Assembly (NCBI GenBank): GCA_905372565.1
Contig: CAJPPK010000007.1
Location: 11,997-75,996, forward strand
Length of the DNA: 64,000 nucleotides
Direction: 5' to 3'
Source: an uncultured Porphyromonas sp.
GTDB lineage: Bacteria > Bacteroidota > Bacteroidia > Bacteroidales > Porphyromonadaceae
The notes beneath the pieces were generated by a model. It saw only the letters and a program-made list of their open reading frames with translations. It was not told the DNA's origin and ran no database searches. Numbering within the stretch: the first letter of the stretch is position 1; every line of letters starts with the position of its first letter. A program made the position numbers and the translations under genes. Shown piece by piece: positions 54,298-63,089 of the stretch.

Positions 54298-56025
54298 ATG
54301 AAAAGCGTTTGTAATCGATTCTCTTGTTGGATAGATTATGTGACCCGTGTTTACGAGCTACGTATTGTAGCGCTTATTTTATTCCTTATCCAGCTTCTCC
54401 CTGTTGTCTATTATTACATAGAGCGTAGCCGTTTACCCTATGCCGGAGAGTTTGTTTATCAGGGAATTAGTTTAATATCATGGACGGTGATCCCAGTCCT
54501 ACTGATTGCTTTGTTCCCCTGGGGAAGATTACGTAAGGTGCTGACCGTGGTTGCCTTTATGCTCTATGCCTTCCTCATGCTCTTTGAGGTCTTTCTAGTC
54601 TATTCCTATAGTTCCCTCTATACAGACAGCATAGCCCTGAATATCTTAGCTACCAATCCGGGGGAGGCATCTGCATTCTTGGAGCATCTAAATTATCGAG
54701 TCTTTATTATCCCTCTAGCCGTCTTATTGCTATTAGGGATAGGCCTCTTTCGCTTCCATAGATGTCGTAGTAGGCTCTCTTCCAAGTGGTCTACGATCTT
54801 GACCTTGGTATGTTTTCTCCCGGTGCTATTAAGTGTCTTCATCGTACAGCCTACGCAGAGGAAGACGAACAGCTATCTCTTCATGGCACCCGTGGAGCGC
54901 TTCTATGTGGGGACGACTACGTGTATCCATGATGCACAAGAGCTAGAAGAGTATGCTCGTCAGATGACGCAGTTGGATTTGGGAAATATTCGGAAAACGA
55001 AGGATTTGAGAGGTGTAAATGTAGTGGTTGTCGTAGGCGAATCCATGCGTCGAGACTACATGCATTGTTATGGTTATCCATTAGCTAATACTCCAGCACA
55101 GGATTCCTTGATTGCCACGGGAGATCTGATCCCTTTCACCGATGTCGTCTCATCGGCATCTTGGACTACAGGGTCCGTCTCGCAGGCGATGAGTTTCTAT
55201 CGCCGGGATAAGGAGGATGAAGCATGGTATCACTACCCCAGTCTACCTTATGTGATGAGTAAGGCCGGTTACTACTCCTATTGGCTTAGTAACCAAGAGA
55301 AGCAGGGGGCAGGATTGCAGCCTATCGCTACGCTTACGACCACAGCAGACAGTGTGCGCTTTGCGAAGAATCGAACAGTCGGAGATTGGGATGCTGCGTA
55401 TGACCTAGACTTGATCCCATTACTCCCGAGATTTAATAAACTCCCTCAAGGAAAGCATTCGCTTTTCCAAGTGATTCATCTGATGGGATCACACACCCCT
55501 TACAACGTGCGCTCTATTCCTCAGCTATCTCCATTCAAGGTAGAAGATCTTCCCAGTACTTTGCCTAATGGAGCTCCGATGCCACAAGATATGAGGCGGC
55601 GCGAGATTATACGTGACTACGTAAATTCTATACGTTATAATGACGAGGTGATACGCCAGATTATTGCTCATTTCTCAGAGGAGCCCACACTGCTGATATA
55701 TTTCTCTGATCACGGGCAGGTACTCTTTGAGAATCCTAGTCGCCCTGACTATTATGAGCATGAGGTCTCTTTGCCAGGGGTTGTCGTCCCATTCTTAGTC
55801 TACTGTAGTCCTAGCTTACGTAAGGCTCATCCTGAGCTTTATGACATCATTCAGCGAGCTAAGGGGCGGAGAATTATGAATGATCTCTTCTCTAATAGTC
55901 TCTGCGGGCTACTCGGGATCCAGTTGAAGTACTATGAATCTCGGTATGATTTCTTCTCGGACGACTATGATGAAGGGCGTAAACGTCTTATCATAGGTTA
56001 TGATGGTACACCGATAGATCTCTAG
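54298..56025 (+). CDS. Phosphoethanolamine transferase / sulfatase-family membrane protein (second paralog)
   Basis: 575 aa with the same architecture as 2249-3979 (VVVGESMRRDYM, IHLMGSHTPY, YFSDHGQ). Confidence 0.75.
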   Translation: MKSVCNRFSCWIDYVTRVYELRIVALILFLIQLLPVVYYYIERSRLPYAGEFVYQGISLISWTVIPVLLIALFPWGRLRKVLTVVAFMLYAFLMLFEVFLVYSYSSLYTDSIALNILATNPGEASAFLEHLNYRVFIIPLAVLLLLGIGLFRFHRCRSRLSSKWSTILTLVCFLPVLLSVFIVQPTQRKTNSYLFMAPVERFYVGTTTCIHDAQELEEYARQMTQLDLGNIRKTKDLRGVNVVVVVGESMRRDYMHCYGYPLANTPAQDSLIATGDLIPFTDVVSSASWTTGSVSQAMSFYRRDKEDEAWYHYPSLPYVMSKAGYYSYWLSNQEKQGAGLQPIATLTTTADSVRFAKNRTVGDWDAAYDLDLIPLLPRFNKLPQGKHSLFQVIHLMGSHTPYNVRSIPQLSPFKVEDLPSTLPNGAPMPQDMRRREIIRDYVNSIRYNDEVIRQIIAHFSEEPTLLIYFSDHGQVLFENPSRPDYYEHEVSLPGVVVPFLVYCSPSLRKAHPELYDIIQRAKGRRIMNDLFSNSLCGLLGIQLKYYESRYDFFSDDYDEGRKRLIIGYDGTPIDL

Positions 56026-56115
56026 CGTATGCTGTGTGATCCTCAAATGGTGCGCTCCTATAAGTCGAAATATGAGGGAAGTTTGAGTGTATATCTTGTT
56101 AAGTTTTGAAGTAGC

Positions 56116-57177
56116 ATGCAGACGAGTACATTACCTAAGGCCTATTCACAGGCCTTGAAAGGTTTCCTTTCCCTCGTTATTGTGGGGACACATCTCCGAT
56201 CCTTCCTAGCTGTGTCCGAATCTGTACCCCTATGGCTTCGTTTGAGTAGCCTTCTCACACCTCTAGCGCTGGGGCTGTATTTTTTCTTCTCTGGCTTTGG
56301 TCTGATGACGCAGATGAAGATGAAGGAGGAGCGCTTGCCAGATGTCCAGCAGGAGGAACGTTGGCGTGGCTGGCTTCCACGACGTCTCTGGGGACTACTG
56401 AAGCCTTTCCTTTTCTTCTTTATCCTGAGCTTTTGCTTTGAATACGTATCCCAAGGGCTACACACCCTCTCGTGGGAGAGTCTGGGGAGCAAGCTGATCA
56501 ATGTCGTACGGATGAGCCGTTATGGGCTTTTTCGTTATCCTCCGACGGCGTGGTTCCTAGTGGAGCTGATGGTGCTGTATGTGCTTTTCTTCGTTTCCTT
56601 CCGCTGGATTCGGAGTAAACGCGTAGGGTTGCTGATCCTGACGTTGCTGATCGGGGTATTTATCTTCGTGATCGGGAGGCTGGACTTCCCTACTTTTTGG
56701 CTTAGATACCCGTTTGTTTTTGCCTTAGGGGCGTACTATGCTTATGCAGAGGATAAGGTTTATCGAAACTTGATGCGCTTCCTGCCCGTAGTTGTTATTA
56801 GTCTGATCCCACTAGGCTGGTGGTACGTTAAGGGGACCCAAGGGCTCACCTCTATTGATCCTACTCCTTGGAGTCAAGCACTAAGGTTCTTCCTCGCGAC
56901 GAACATCCTACCTCTCCTCGTCGTCGTACTAAGTAAGCGCTTGGGGATTACTGACTTTTTCATGCGAAAGGCTACGGGTTGGTGGCGCAAGGCACTTCTT
57001 TTCCTCGGGGATATCTCGCTGGCGGTTTATCTGCTACATATCTCCTTCGTTTATCTCTTCCGTGGTCCTTCGATTTATATCCAGTCTACGTGGGGATATA
57101 TCTTGGCCGTCTATGCCTGTACCCTACTTGGTGCCTATCTTTTGATGCGCTATTGCAAGCGCTTGGTGCGAGCCTAG
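56116..57177 (+). CDS. Acyltransferase family 3 integral membrane protein (O-acyltransferase-like)
   Basis: 353 aa with about 10 TM segments and the N-terminal KGFLSLVIVGTHL pattern typical of acyltransferase_3. Confidence 0.65.
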   Translation: MQTSTLPKAYSQALKGFLSLVIVGTHLRSFLAVSESVPLWLRLSSLLTPLALGLYFFFSGFGLMTQMKMKEERLPDVQQEERWRGWLPRRLWGLLKPFLFFFILSFCFEYVSQGLHTLSWESLGSKLINVVRMSRYGLFRYPPTAWFLVELMVLYVLFFVSFRWIRSKRVGLLILTLLIGVFIFVIGRLDFPTFWLRYPFVFALGAYYAYAEDKVYRNLMRFLPVVVISLIPLGWWYVKGTQGLTSIDPTPWSQALRFFLATNILPLLVVVLSKRLGITDFFMRKATGWWRKALLFLGDISLAVYLLHISFVYLFRGPSIYIQSTWGYILAVYACTLLGAYLLMRYCKRLVRA

Positions 57178-57191
57178 GGCTCGCTGATCCT

Positions 57192-57243
57192 ATAGCACTA
57201 CGCCCCGTGAGACGAAGCTTCGTCTCACGGGGCGTAGTGCTAT
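57192..57243. terminator. Perfect 52-bp palindrome between convergent genes (bidirectional terminator candidate)
   Basis: ATAGCACTACGCCCCGTGAGACGAAG | CTTCGTCTCACGGGGCGTAGTGCTAT, with no mismatches, centred on AAGCTT. Confidence 0.7.
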
Positions 57244-57265
57244 CTGGCGGGAGAGGAGCGCCTCC

Positions 57266-58339
57266 CTAGAGGCGAAGGTAGCTGGGATCGTCAGTGACCT
57301 CACGGATGACCTCGAGGAAGGGAGGGAATTTGATCTCTAAGTCTGGGGCGCAGCTGATCTCTAAGATCTGATAGTCACGGCGAGGCTCGATGAAATCGTC
57401 GATTTCGAAGTACTGTCGTGCCCAGACGAAGCTACGACGGAGCTTGTGAACTAGTACCTCTTCGGGATTAGGGATCGTGTTGAGGAAGGAAATGTATTCC
57501 TCGGGGCCGATCTGACGCTCGGTGATGATGGGCTGAGACTCTATGGGACTCTTGCGAGTCATAAAGTACACATAGTTGCCACGTAGACCTCGCTTTCGGA
57601 TACGGACGCTGCTTCCGTCCTCTAGATCAATGTATGCCTGATAGAGATCTGTCTCTACACCGAAGGGGAGGTCGCCCGTCAGGCGAACAAGGAAGCGACG
57701 ACGGACGTCGGTAAAGCTAGCTGCGTCATCGCCGAGGGACTCGTGGATGGCGTGCAAGACCTGACGTATCTTCACCTCAAAGTCAACGTTGTTCTCGACA
57801 ATGTGTAGCTGTGGGTGGCCTGTCCAGGCCTTCATGATGCGAGCGTCTAGCTCTCGAGCCTCCTCGATCGTCTCTCCGCGCAGACCATTGTTCTCCAGTG
57901 TGTAGAATTCCTCTGCTCCTTGGGCTGCCGTGACCATATGTATGACGGCGTCATAGCGTGCGTCTCGGAGCTTGATCTCAGAGAGTCCCAGCTCGTCGAG
58001 CATAGCTTGCCACATGGTACGCTCGATGTAGTTGGAGATATCCATCGTGCCTCGGTCAGAAATGATCAGCACGGGCTGGGGAGCGGCATTGGCTAGCTCG
58101 AGGAAGGTATCCTCCATCTGGAGCTGATACTTGAGGACTGCCTTCTCGATGTTATAGAAGTACTGGCGATCCTGCGTACCGAAGTTGATCGAAGCGTTAT
58201 TGAAGAGTGTCGGTGTCTCGGGCAGTGCGTAGACGAGATAGCCGAGGTCGCTGAAGTGCTCGATGATCTGTGCTAGAGCAGTCGTCTTGCCAGCACAGGG
58301 GCCCCCTGTGAGGGCGATACGGGTAATATTCTTGTTCAT
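57266..58339 (-). CDS. P-loop ATPase (AAA_28/NadR-kinase-like) fused to a CYTH-like domain
   Basis: Walker A GGPCAGKTT at the N-terminus. The C-terminal ~170 aa show a CYTH-like beta pattern (..RRRFLV...VRIRKRG...). The ATG at 58339 is preferred over the ORF-track start. Confidence 0.7.
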   Translation of the reverse strand: MNKNITRIALTGGPCAGKTTALAQIIEHFSDLGYLVYALPETPTLFNNASINFGTQDRQYFYNIEKAVLKYQLQMEDTFLELANAAPQPVLIISDRGTMDISNYIERTMWQAMLDELGLSEIKLRDARYDAVIHMVTAAQGAEEFYTLENNGLRGETIEEARELDARIMKAWTGHPQLHIVENNVDFEVKIRQVLHAIHESLGDDAASFTDVRRRFLVRLTGDLPFGVETDLYQAYIDLEDGSSVRIRKRGLRGNYVYFMTRKSPIESQPIITERQIGPEEYISFLNTIPNPEEVLVHKLRRSFVWARQYFEIDDFIEPRRDYQILEISCAPDLEIKFPPFLEVIREVTDDPSYLRL

Positions 58340-58477
58340 CAGAGGATGTGAGGGGGATATTCTAGTCAATAATCCGTGCAAAGATAAGGTATCCTACCCC
58401 ATTCTGTTCGTTTGGGCTCGCTAAGGACTGTCTGGAGGCTTCTCCCGAAGGGAGGAGAAGGGAAGATTTCGGCGTGA

Positions 58478-58565
58478 AAGGTAGGGCTTTACTCTAGTAA
58501 AGGTCTACCTTTCAGCGAGGAAAGGTAGACCTTGGGGGTGGCTAAGGTAGACCTTGATGGAAGGG
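58478..58565 (+). repeat. Family-3 array Q: four 22-bp units with a palindromic AAGGT-NN-ACCTT core in a divergent promoter region
   Basis: AAGGT occurs at 58478, 58500, 58522 and 58544, exactly 22 bp apart. The units are AAGGTAGGGCTT.., AAGGTCTACCTT.., AAGGTAGACCTT.. and AAGGTAGACCTT... Confidence 0.8.
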
Positions 58566-58675
58566 GAGATCTTCCTTGATCGCTCCGGAGCGTAGCCCGT
58601 TCGGTTGCTCGGGGGTACGCCGGAAGCGATGAGCATCGAGGTGAGGTGACTTTGGGATAGGTGCTTACATTGGCG

Positions 58676-58683
58676 TATCTTTG
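58676..58683 (+). promoter_or_regulatory. -7 promoter box TATCTTTG upstream of the MazG-like gene
   Basis: Exact TAnnTTTG match ending 14 nt before the ATG at 58698, which implies a very short leader. Confidence 0.5.
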
Positions 58684-58697
58684 TGAGAAAAGCGACT

Positions 58698-59039
58698 ATG
58701 GACAACCAACTTACCCTTCAGGAAGCACAGCAGCTCGTCGATGGCTGGATCAAAACCATCGGGGTACGCTACTTTTCTCCCTTAACCAATATGGCTATCC
58801 TCACCGAAGAAGTAGGTGAGGTCGCGCGACTCATATCTCGTCTCTACGGAGAGCAGAGCTTTAAGGAAAGTGACAAGCAGCGTGACCTCGGCGACGAGCT
58901 AGCCGACGTCCTCTGGGTCGTGCTCTGTCTGGCCAATCAGACGGGCGTCGATCTCACCGAAGCTCTAAGGAGAAACATCGAGAAGAAGACCCAGCGGGAT
59001 GCTACCCGCCATGCTTCCAATCCCAAGCTCCAGCCTTAG
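58698..59039 (+). CDS. MazG-type nucleotide pyrophosphohydrolase domain protein
   Basis: About 113 aa, all-alpha. The EEVGEV..LGDELADVLW pattern matches the MazG EEXXE/D motif. Confidence 0.8.
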   Translation: MDNQLTLQEAQQLVDGWIKTIGVRYFSPLTNMAILTEEVGEVARLISRLYGEQSFKESDKQRDLGDELADVLWVVLCLANQTGVDLTEALRRNIEKKTQRDATRHASNPKLQP

Positions 59040-59076
59040 TCCGCCCCAACGTATCTTACCTATCATCATTATAGCT

Positions 59077-59952
59077 ATGTCAGACGTAAATCTAACTAAG
59101 TTCACACAGGCTTTCGATGCCTTTTCCCCAGCGCTAAGTCCTGAGGTACTTGATGCTACCCTAGAGAAGATCCTCCAGGAGCGCTACCCTGCGGCTAATA
59201 ATCGTGAGGTGAAGAAGTTCCTTCACTCGACCATTGATCTGACGACCCTAGCTGGTGCAGATACCGAAGAGAAGGTCACGAAGCTCGTCGCCTCGGTCAA
59301 TGACTTTGAGGGGACAGAGGATATCCCCTCGGTAGCTGCTATCTGTGTCTACCCTAACTTCGTCAAGACCGTCCGCGAAGTCCTAACGGCGGAGGGCGTA
59401 CAGGTAGCCTGTGTCAGCGGAGCGTTCCCCGCTTCGCAGAGCTTCACCGAGGTGAAGATCGCTGAGACGGCGCTCGCTATCGCCGCAGGGGCTGACGAGA
59501 TCGACATCGTCCTTAACCTTGGCGCCTTCCTATCCGGTGACTATCTCGAGGCAGCGACTGAGATCGAGGAGCAGCGAGCTACGGCTCGTGGAGCGCATCT
59601 CAAGGTCATCCTCGAGACTGGGGCACTGAAAGATCCCGAGCTCATCCGTCGTGCCTCGATCCTAGCTCTATTCTCGGGGGCAGACTTCCTAAAGACTTCG
59701 ACCGGTAAGGAGTACCCTGGTGCTGACCTACGTGCAGCCTACATCCTCTGTACCGTGCTCAAGGAGTACTATGAGAAGTACGGTGAGCGCCGTGGAGTCA
59801 AGTTCAGTGGCGGTATCCGTACGCCCGAGGATGCGGTGAAGTACTACTGTATCGTCGAGGAAGTGCTGGGCAAGGAGTGGCTAGACAATAAGCTCTTCCG
59901 CATCGGAGCTAGTAGCCTCGTCGGTAGTCTCCAGCAGGAGCTCCTCGGCTAA
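59077..59952 (+). CDS. deoC: Deoxyribose-phosphate aldolase
   Basis: Schiff-base lysine context FLKTSTGKE and a class I aldolase TIM-barrel pattern. The ATG at 59077 is preferred. Confidence 0.85.
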   Translation: MSDVNLTKFTQAFDAFSPALSPEVLDATLEKILQERYPAANNREVKKFLHSTIDLTTLAGADTEEKVTKLVASVNDFEGTEDIPSVAAICVYPNFVKTVREVLTAEGVQVACVSGAFPASQSFTEVKIAETALAIAAGADEIDIVLNLGAFLSGDYLEAATEIEEQRATARGAHLKVILETGALKDPELIRRASILALFSGADFLKTSTGKEYPGADLRAAYILCTVLKEYYEKYGERRGVKFSGGIRTPEDAVKYYCIVEEVLGKEWLDNKLFRIGASSLVGSLQQELLG

Positions 59953-60031
59953 GTCTACCCTATTCCTCCATAAACTACCCCCTGAGGCGTGCCGAGCTAG
60001 CACGACTTCAGGGGGTAGCTGTATCTAGGGT

Positions 60032-60607
60032 GTGGCGGAGGATGAGGTTTATAGAAGAATGGGTATATTTGCTCATCAAGTAGTTGAGAGTCTAAGTGAT
60101 GTGACTCCCCTAGCCTACTTGATCCTTGGCCTAATGAAACAGCACTATACGTACTCGATCGCTGTGTATTGGATGACCGCTATCGGCCTCGTGGCCGAAG
60201 TCTGGATCGGCTATTCCCTGCTTTTTGAGTCACTTCCCATGTGGAGCTTAGTCTTGCACCTCGGTTGTTTTCTCTTGCTTCTCGTGCCGATCTACTTCTT
60301 CCCCCGAGCTTATAGTCTAGATCAGGCTGGGGTGACGGTGCATTGCCTAGGCTGTACGAAGACTTTTCCTTGGAGTCGCTATGCTCCTAGCCCTATCTCT
60401 GGTGAGACCTTGACGCGTGGTATCCGTGTCTGTGGCTCGGGTGGCTACTTTGGCTTCCTAGGTTTCTTCTGGCTACCCAAGCAGAGGGGGGCTTTGCTCT
60501 TAATGGCTAACGAGAAGAGCCCTCTGCTCCAGCTGAAGAATCGGCAGACGGGACGGACCTATATCATCAATGCTTCCCTTGAGGGAGCTCCGCCGTCAGA
60601 GGCCTAG
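60032..60607 (+). CDS. Hypothetical membrane protein (possible bacterial PH-like domain)
   Basis: The ORF has 2-3 TM helices and then a soluble domain. The start is uncertain (GTG 60032, ATG 60059 or ATG 60134). No motif is recognised. Confidence 0.4.
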   Translation: MAEDEVYRRMGIFAHQVVESLSDVTPLAYLILGLMKQHYTYSIAVYWMTAIGLVAEVWIGYSLLFESLPMWSLVLHLGCFLLLLVPIYFFPRAYSLDQAGVTVHCLGCTKTFPWSRYAPSPISGETLTRGIRVCGSGGYFGFLGFFWLPKQRGALLLMANEKSPLLQLKNRQTGRTYIINASLEGAPPSEA

Positions 60608-60674
60608 GATAAGCTCTGATGAATGGCTATCTTTGCCTTATAAGTCTACACAATACACCATATACTCTACGAAG

Positions 60675-61124
60675 ATGATTGATTTCCTCTCCACACTCCC
60701 AGTTTGGCAGCTGTGGCTCCTAGGGGCGCTGATGCTCTTTGCCCTAGAGATCTTCACCCCAGGCTTTATCTTAGCCTGCTTTGGGGTAGGTGCTCTGGTG
60801 GCTGTACCTGTGACGCTGCTACATGGTAGCTGGCTGGTGCAGGTCATAGCCTTCTGCGCTGGTAGCCTATTAGCCCTTTGGCTCCTCCAGCCACTGATGT
60901 GTAAGTGGTTTGCTACCCATGATGCTAAGACGGGGATGGATGCCCTTGTCGGTCGCCGAGTCGTACTGACTAAGGCGATCGCTGGTGAGGGCGAAGGCCT
61001 CGTGGCCGTCGATGGAGACGTCTGGCGTGCTACCTCCCCCGCTGGATCCGCTATCCCCAAGGGCACGGAGGTACGTATCACGGGCTATCGTAGTATAGTC
61101 CTCGAAGTAGAACCTATTCACTAA
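60675..61124 (+). CDS. NfeD-family membrane protein
   Basis: TM N-terminal half plus a C-terminal OB-like domain (GLVAVDGDVWRATSP..IPKGTEVRITG). It lies directly upstream of an SPFH gene, the classic NfeD-SPFH pairing. Confidence 0.75.
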   Translation: MIDFLSTLPVWQLWLLGALMLFALEIFTPGFILACFGVGALVAVPVTLLHGSWLVQVIAFCAGSLLALWLLQPLMCKWFATHDAKTGMDALVGRRVVLTKAIAGEGEGLVAVDGDVWRATSPAGSAIPKGTEVRITGYRSIVLEVEPIH

Positions 61125-61147
61125 TCCTCTTAATACCCTATCCTCCT

Positions 61148-62125
61148 ATGCCTATCGAATGGATCATCCCTCTAGCGATAGCCCTCTTGGTGATCTTCAC
61201 CATCTATCGTGGGCTATGTATCGTCCAGCAGTCGCAGACCGTAATCATTGAGCGACTGGGGAAGTACTACCGCACGCTCTCCTCGGGGGTCAATATCATC
61301 ATCCCCTATATCGACCGTCCTCGTCCCATGCGCTGGCGCTATACGCTACCTGGACCGAATGGCCAAACCTACGTGCGCTTTACGGAGATCACCCACATCG
61401 ACCTACGTGAGACGGTCTATGACTTCCCCCGCCAGAGTGTCATCACGAAGGATAATGTCGTCACCGAGATCAATGCGATCCTCTATTTCCAGATCGTCGA
61501 TCCTATGAGGGCGATGTACGAAATCCAGAACCTACCCGATGCTATCGAGAAGCTCACGCAGACGAGCCTACGTAATATCATCGGTGAGATGGATCTCGAT
61601 GAGACGCTCACCAGCCGAGATACGATCAATAACAAGCTACGTATCATCCTCGATGAGGCAACGAATAAGTGGGGCGTCAAAGTCAATCGTGTCGAACTCC
61701 AAGACATCGATCCTCCCCGTGAGATCCGTGATGCGATGGAGAAGCAGATGCGTGCCGAGCGAGATAAGCGAGCTCAGATCCTCAATGCCGAAGGACAGAA
61801 GGAAGCGACCATCCGAGAGTCCGAAGGACGTATGCAGCAAGCGATCAACCACGCCGAAGGGGAGCGCCAAGCGCAGGTGCTACACGCTAAGGCCGAAGCT
61901 GAGGCTAAGCTCCTGACAGCCGATGCCGAAGCTCAAGCTATCCGAAAGATCGCTCAGGCTGTCGAAGGCTCGGGTGCTAACCCCGCCCAATACCTCATCG
62001 CTGTCCGCTATCTGGAGACACTCAAGGAGATGACTTCGGGCAAGGACAACAAGACGATCTACCTCCCCTACGAAGCCTCTGGCGTACTCAGTTCGCTGGG
62101 TGGTATCAAGGAGTTGCTCAAGTAA
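61148..62125 (+). CDS. SPFH/band-7 (stomatin/prohibitin-like) protein
   Basis: 325 aa. N-terminal TM segment, PHB domain (..VITKDNVVTEINAILYFQIVDP..), and an Ala/Glu-rich coiled-coil C-terminus. Confidence 0.9.
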   Translation: MPIEWIIPLAIALLVIFTIYRGLCIVQQSQTVIIERLGKYYRTLSSGVNIIIPYIDRPRPMRWRYTLPGPNGQTYVRFTEITHIDLRETVYDFPRQSVITKDNVVTEINAILYFQIVDPMRAMYEIQNLPDAIEKLTQTSLRNIIGEMDLDETLTSRDTINNKLRIILDEATNKWGVKVNRVELQDIDPPREIRDAMEKQMRAERDKRAQILNAEGQKEATIRESEGRMQQAINHAEGERQAQVLHAKAEAEAKLLTADAEAQAIRKIAQAVEGSGANPAQYLIAVRYLETLKEMTSGKDNKTIYLPYEASGVLSSLGGIKELLK

Positions 62126-62178
62126 ACCTCTTCGACCTAGCTGACCGTGGAGTACACTAGTTAGTTAGTGTTTTCGTT

Positions 62179-62238
62179 ATAGCTCTAGAGCATCCTTCCT
62201 CCTGCTGTGAGGGATGTCTCTAGAGCTATTCCTTTTCC
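62179..62238 (+). terminator. Rho-independent terminator after the SPFH gene
   Basis: Long stem ATAGCTCTAGAGCATCC / GGATGTCTCTAGAGCTAT (one bulge) followed by TCCTTTTCC. Confidence 0.7.
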
Positions 62239-62407
62239 CCTTACCTCGTATGCTTATGACGCAAACTTACCCCCGTACTGACCGCGAGAAACTTGACCTT
62301 ATTGCCCGTGCTGCCTTTGAGCGAACACAACCACGTCACCAAGCTTCCTTGGAGCGTCTGCGCCTTCTCGCTACCCTCTTCTAACTCACTATACTAACTC
62401 CCCCTAC

Positions 62408-63073
62408 ATGGATCAAGAACTACTCATCTCTCCATCACTCCTCTCAGCTAACTTCCTCCGTCTGGAGCAAGATATCCAGCTGATCAATGAAAGTGAAGCT
62501 GACTGGCTTCACATTGATGTAATGGATGGGGTCTTCGTGCCCAATATCTCTTTTGGCTTCCCTATCCTAGAGGCAATTGTTCCCCTGCTGAAGAGGCCTC
62601 TAGATGTGCACCTAATGATCGTAGAGCCACTGAAGTTCGTCCGTGAACTCGCTGCCCTCAAGGTGGACACGATGAATGTCCACTACGAAGTGTGTCCTCA
62701 TCTCGACCGAGCGATCGGGGCAATTCACGATGCGGGGATGAAGGCTGCGGTGACTCTCAATCCTCATACTCCAGTAGAGCTACTGACGGACGTGCTAGAC
62801 AAGCTGGATATGGTACTCCTGATGAGTGTCAATCCTGGCTTCGGAGGTCAGCGCTTCATCCCTCGTACACTGGATAAGGTGCGCCGACTGCGGGCGATGA
62901 TCGATGAACGAGGTCTGAAGACCCGTATCGAAGTCGATGGTGGAGTGAATGCTCAGACTGGTGCCGAGCTAGTACAGGCTGGCGCTGATGTCCTCGTGGC
63001 TGGAAGCTATGTCTTCTCTCATGCTGACCCTAAGGCAGCGATCCACACCCTCAAGACGCTCCCTCGTCCCTAG
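62408..63073 (+). CDS. rpe: Ribulose-phosphate 3-epimerase
   Basis: Motifs SLLSANF, HIDVMDGVFVPNISFG, VNPGFGGQ and VDGGV. Confidence 0.95.
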   Translation: MDQELLISPSLLSANFLRLEQDIQLINESEADWLHIDVMDGVFVPNISFGFPILEAIVPLLKRPLDVHLMIVEPLKFVRELAALKVDTMNVHYEVCPHLDRAIGAIHDAGMKAAVTLNPHTPVELLTDVLDKLDMVLLMSVNPGFGGQRFIPRTLDKVRRLRAMIDERGLKTRIEVDGGVNAQTGAELVQAGADVLVAGSYVFSHADPKAAIHTLKTLPRP

Positions 63074-63089
63074 CCTGACGATCCAGAGT

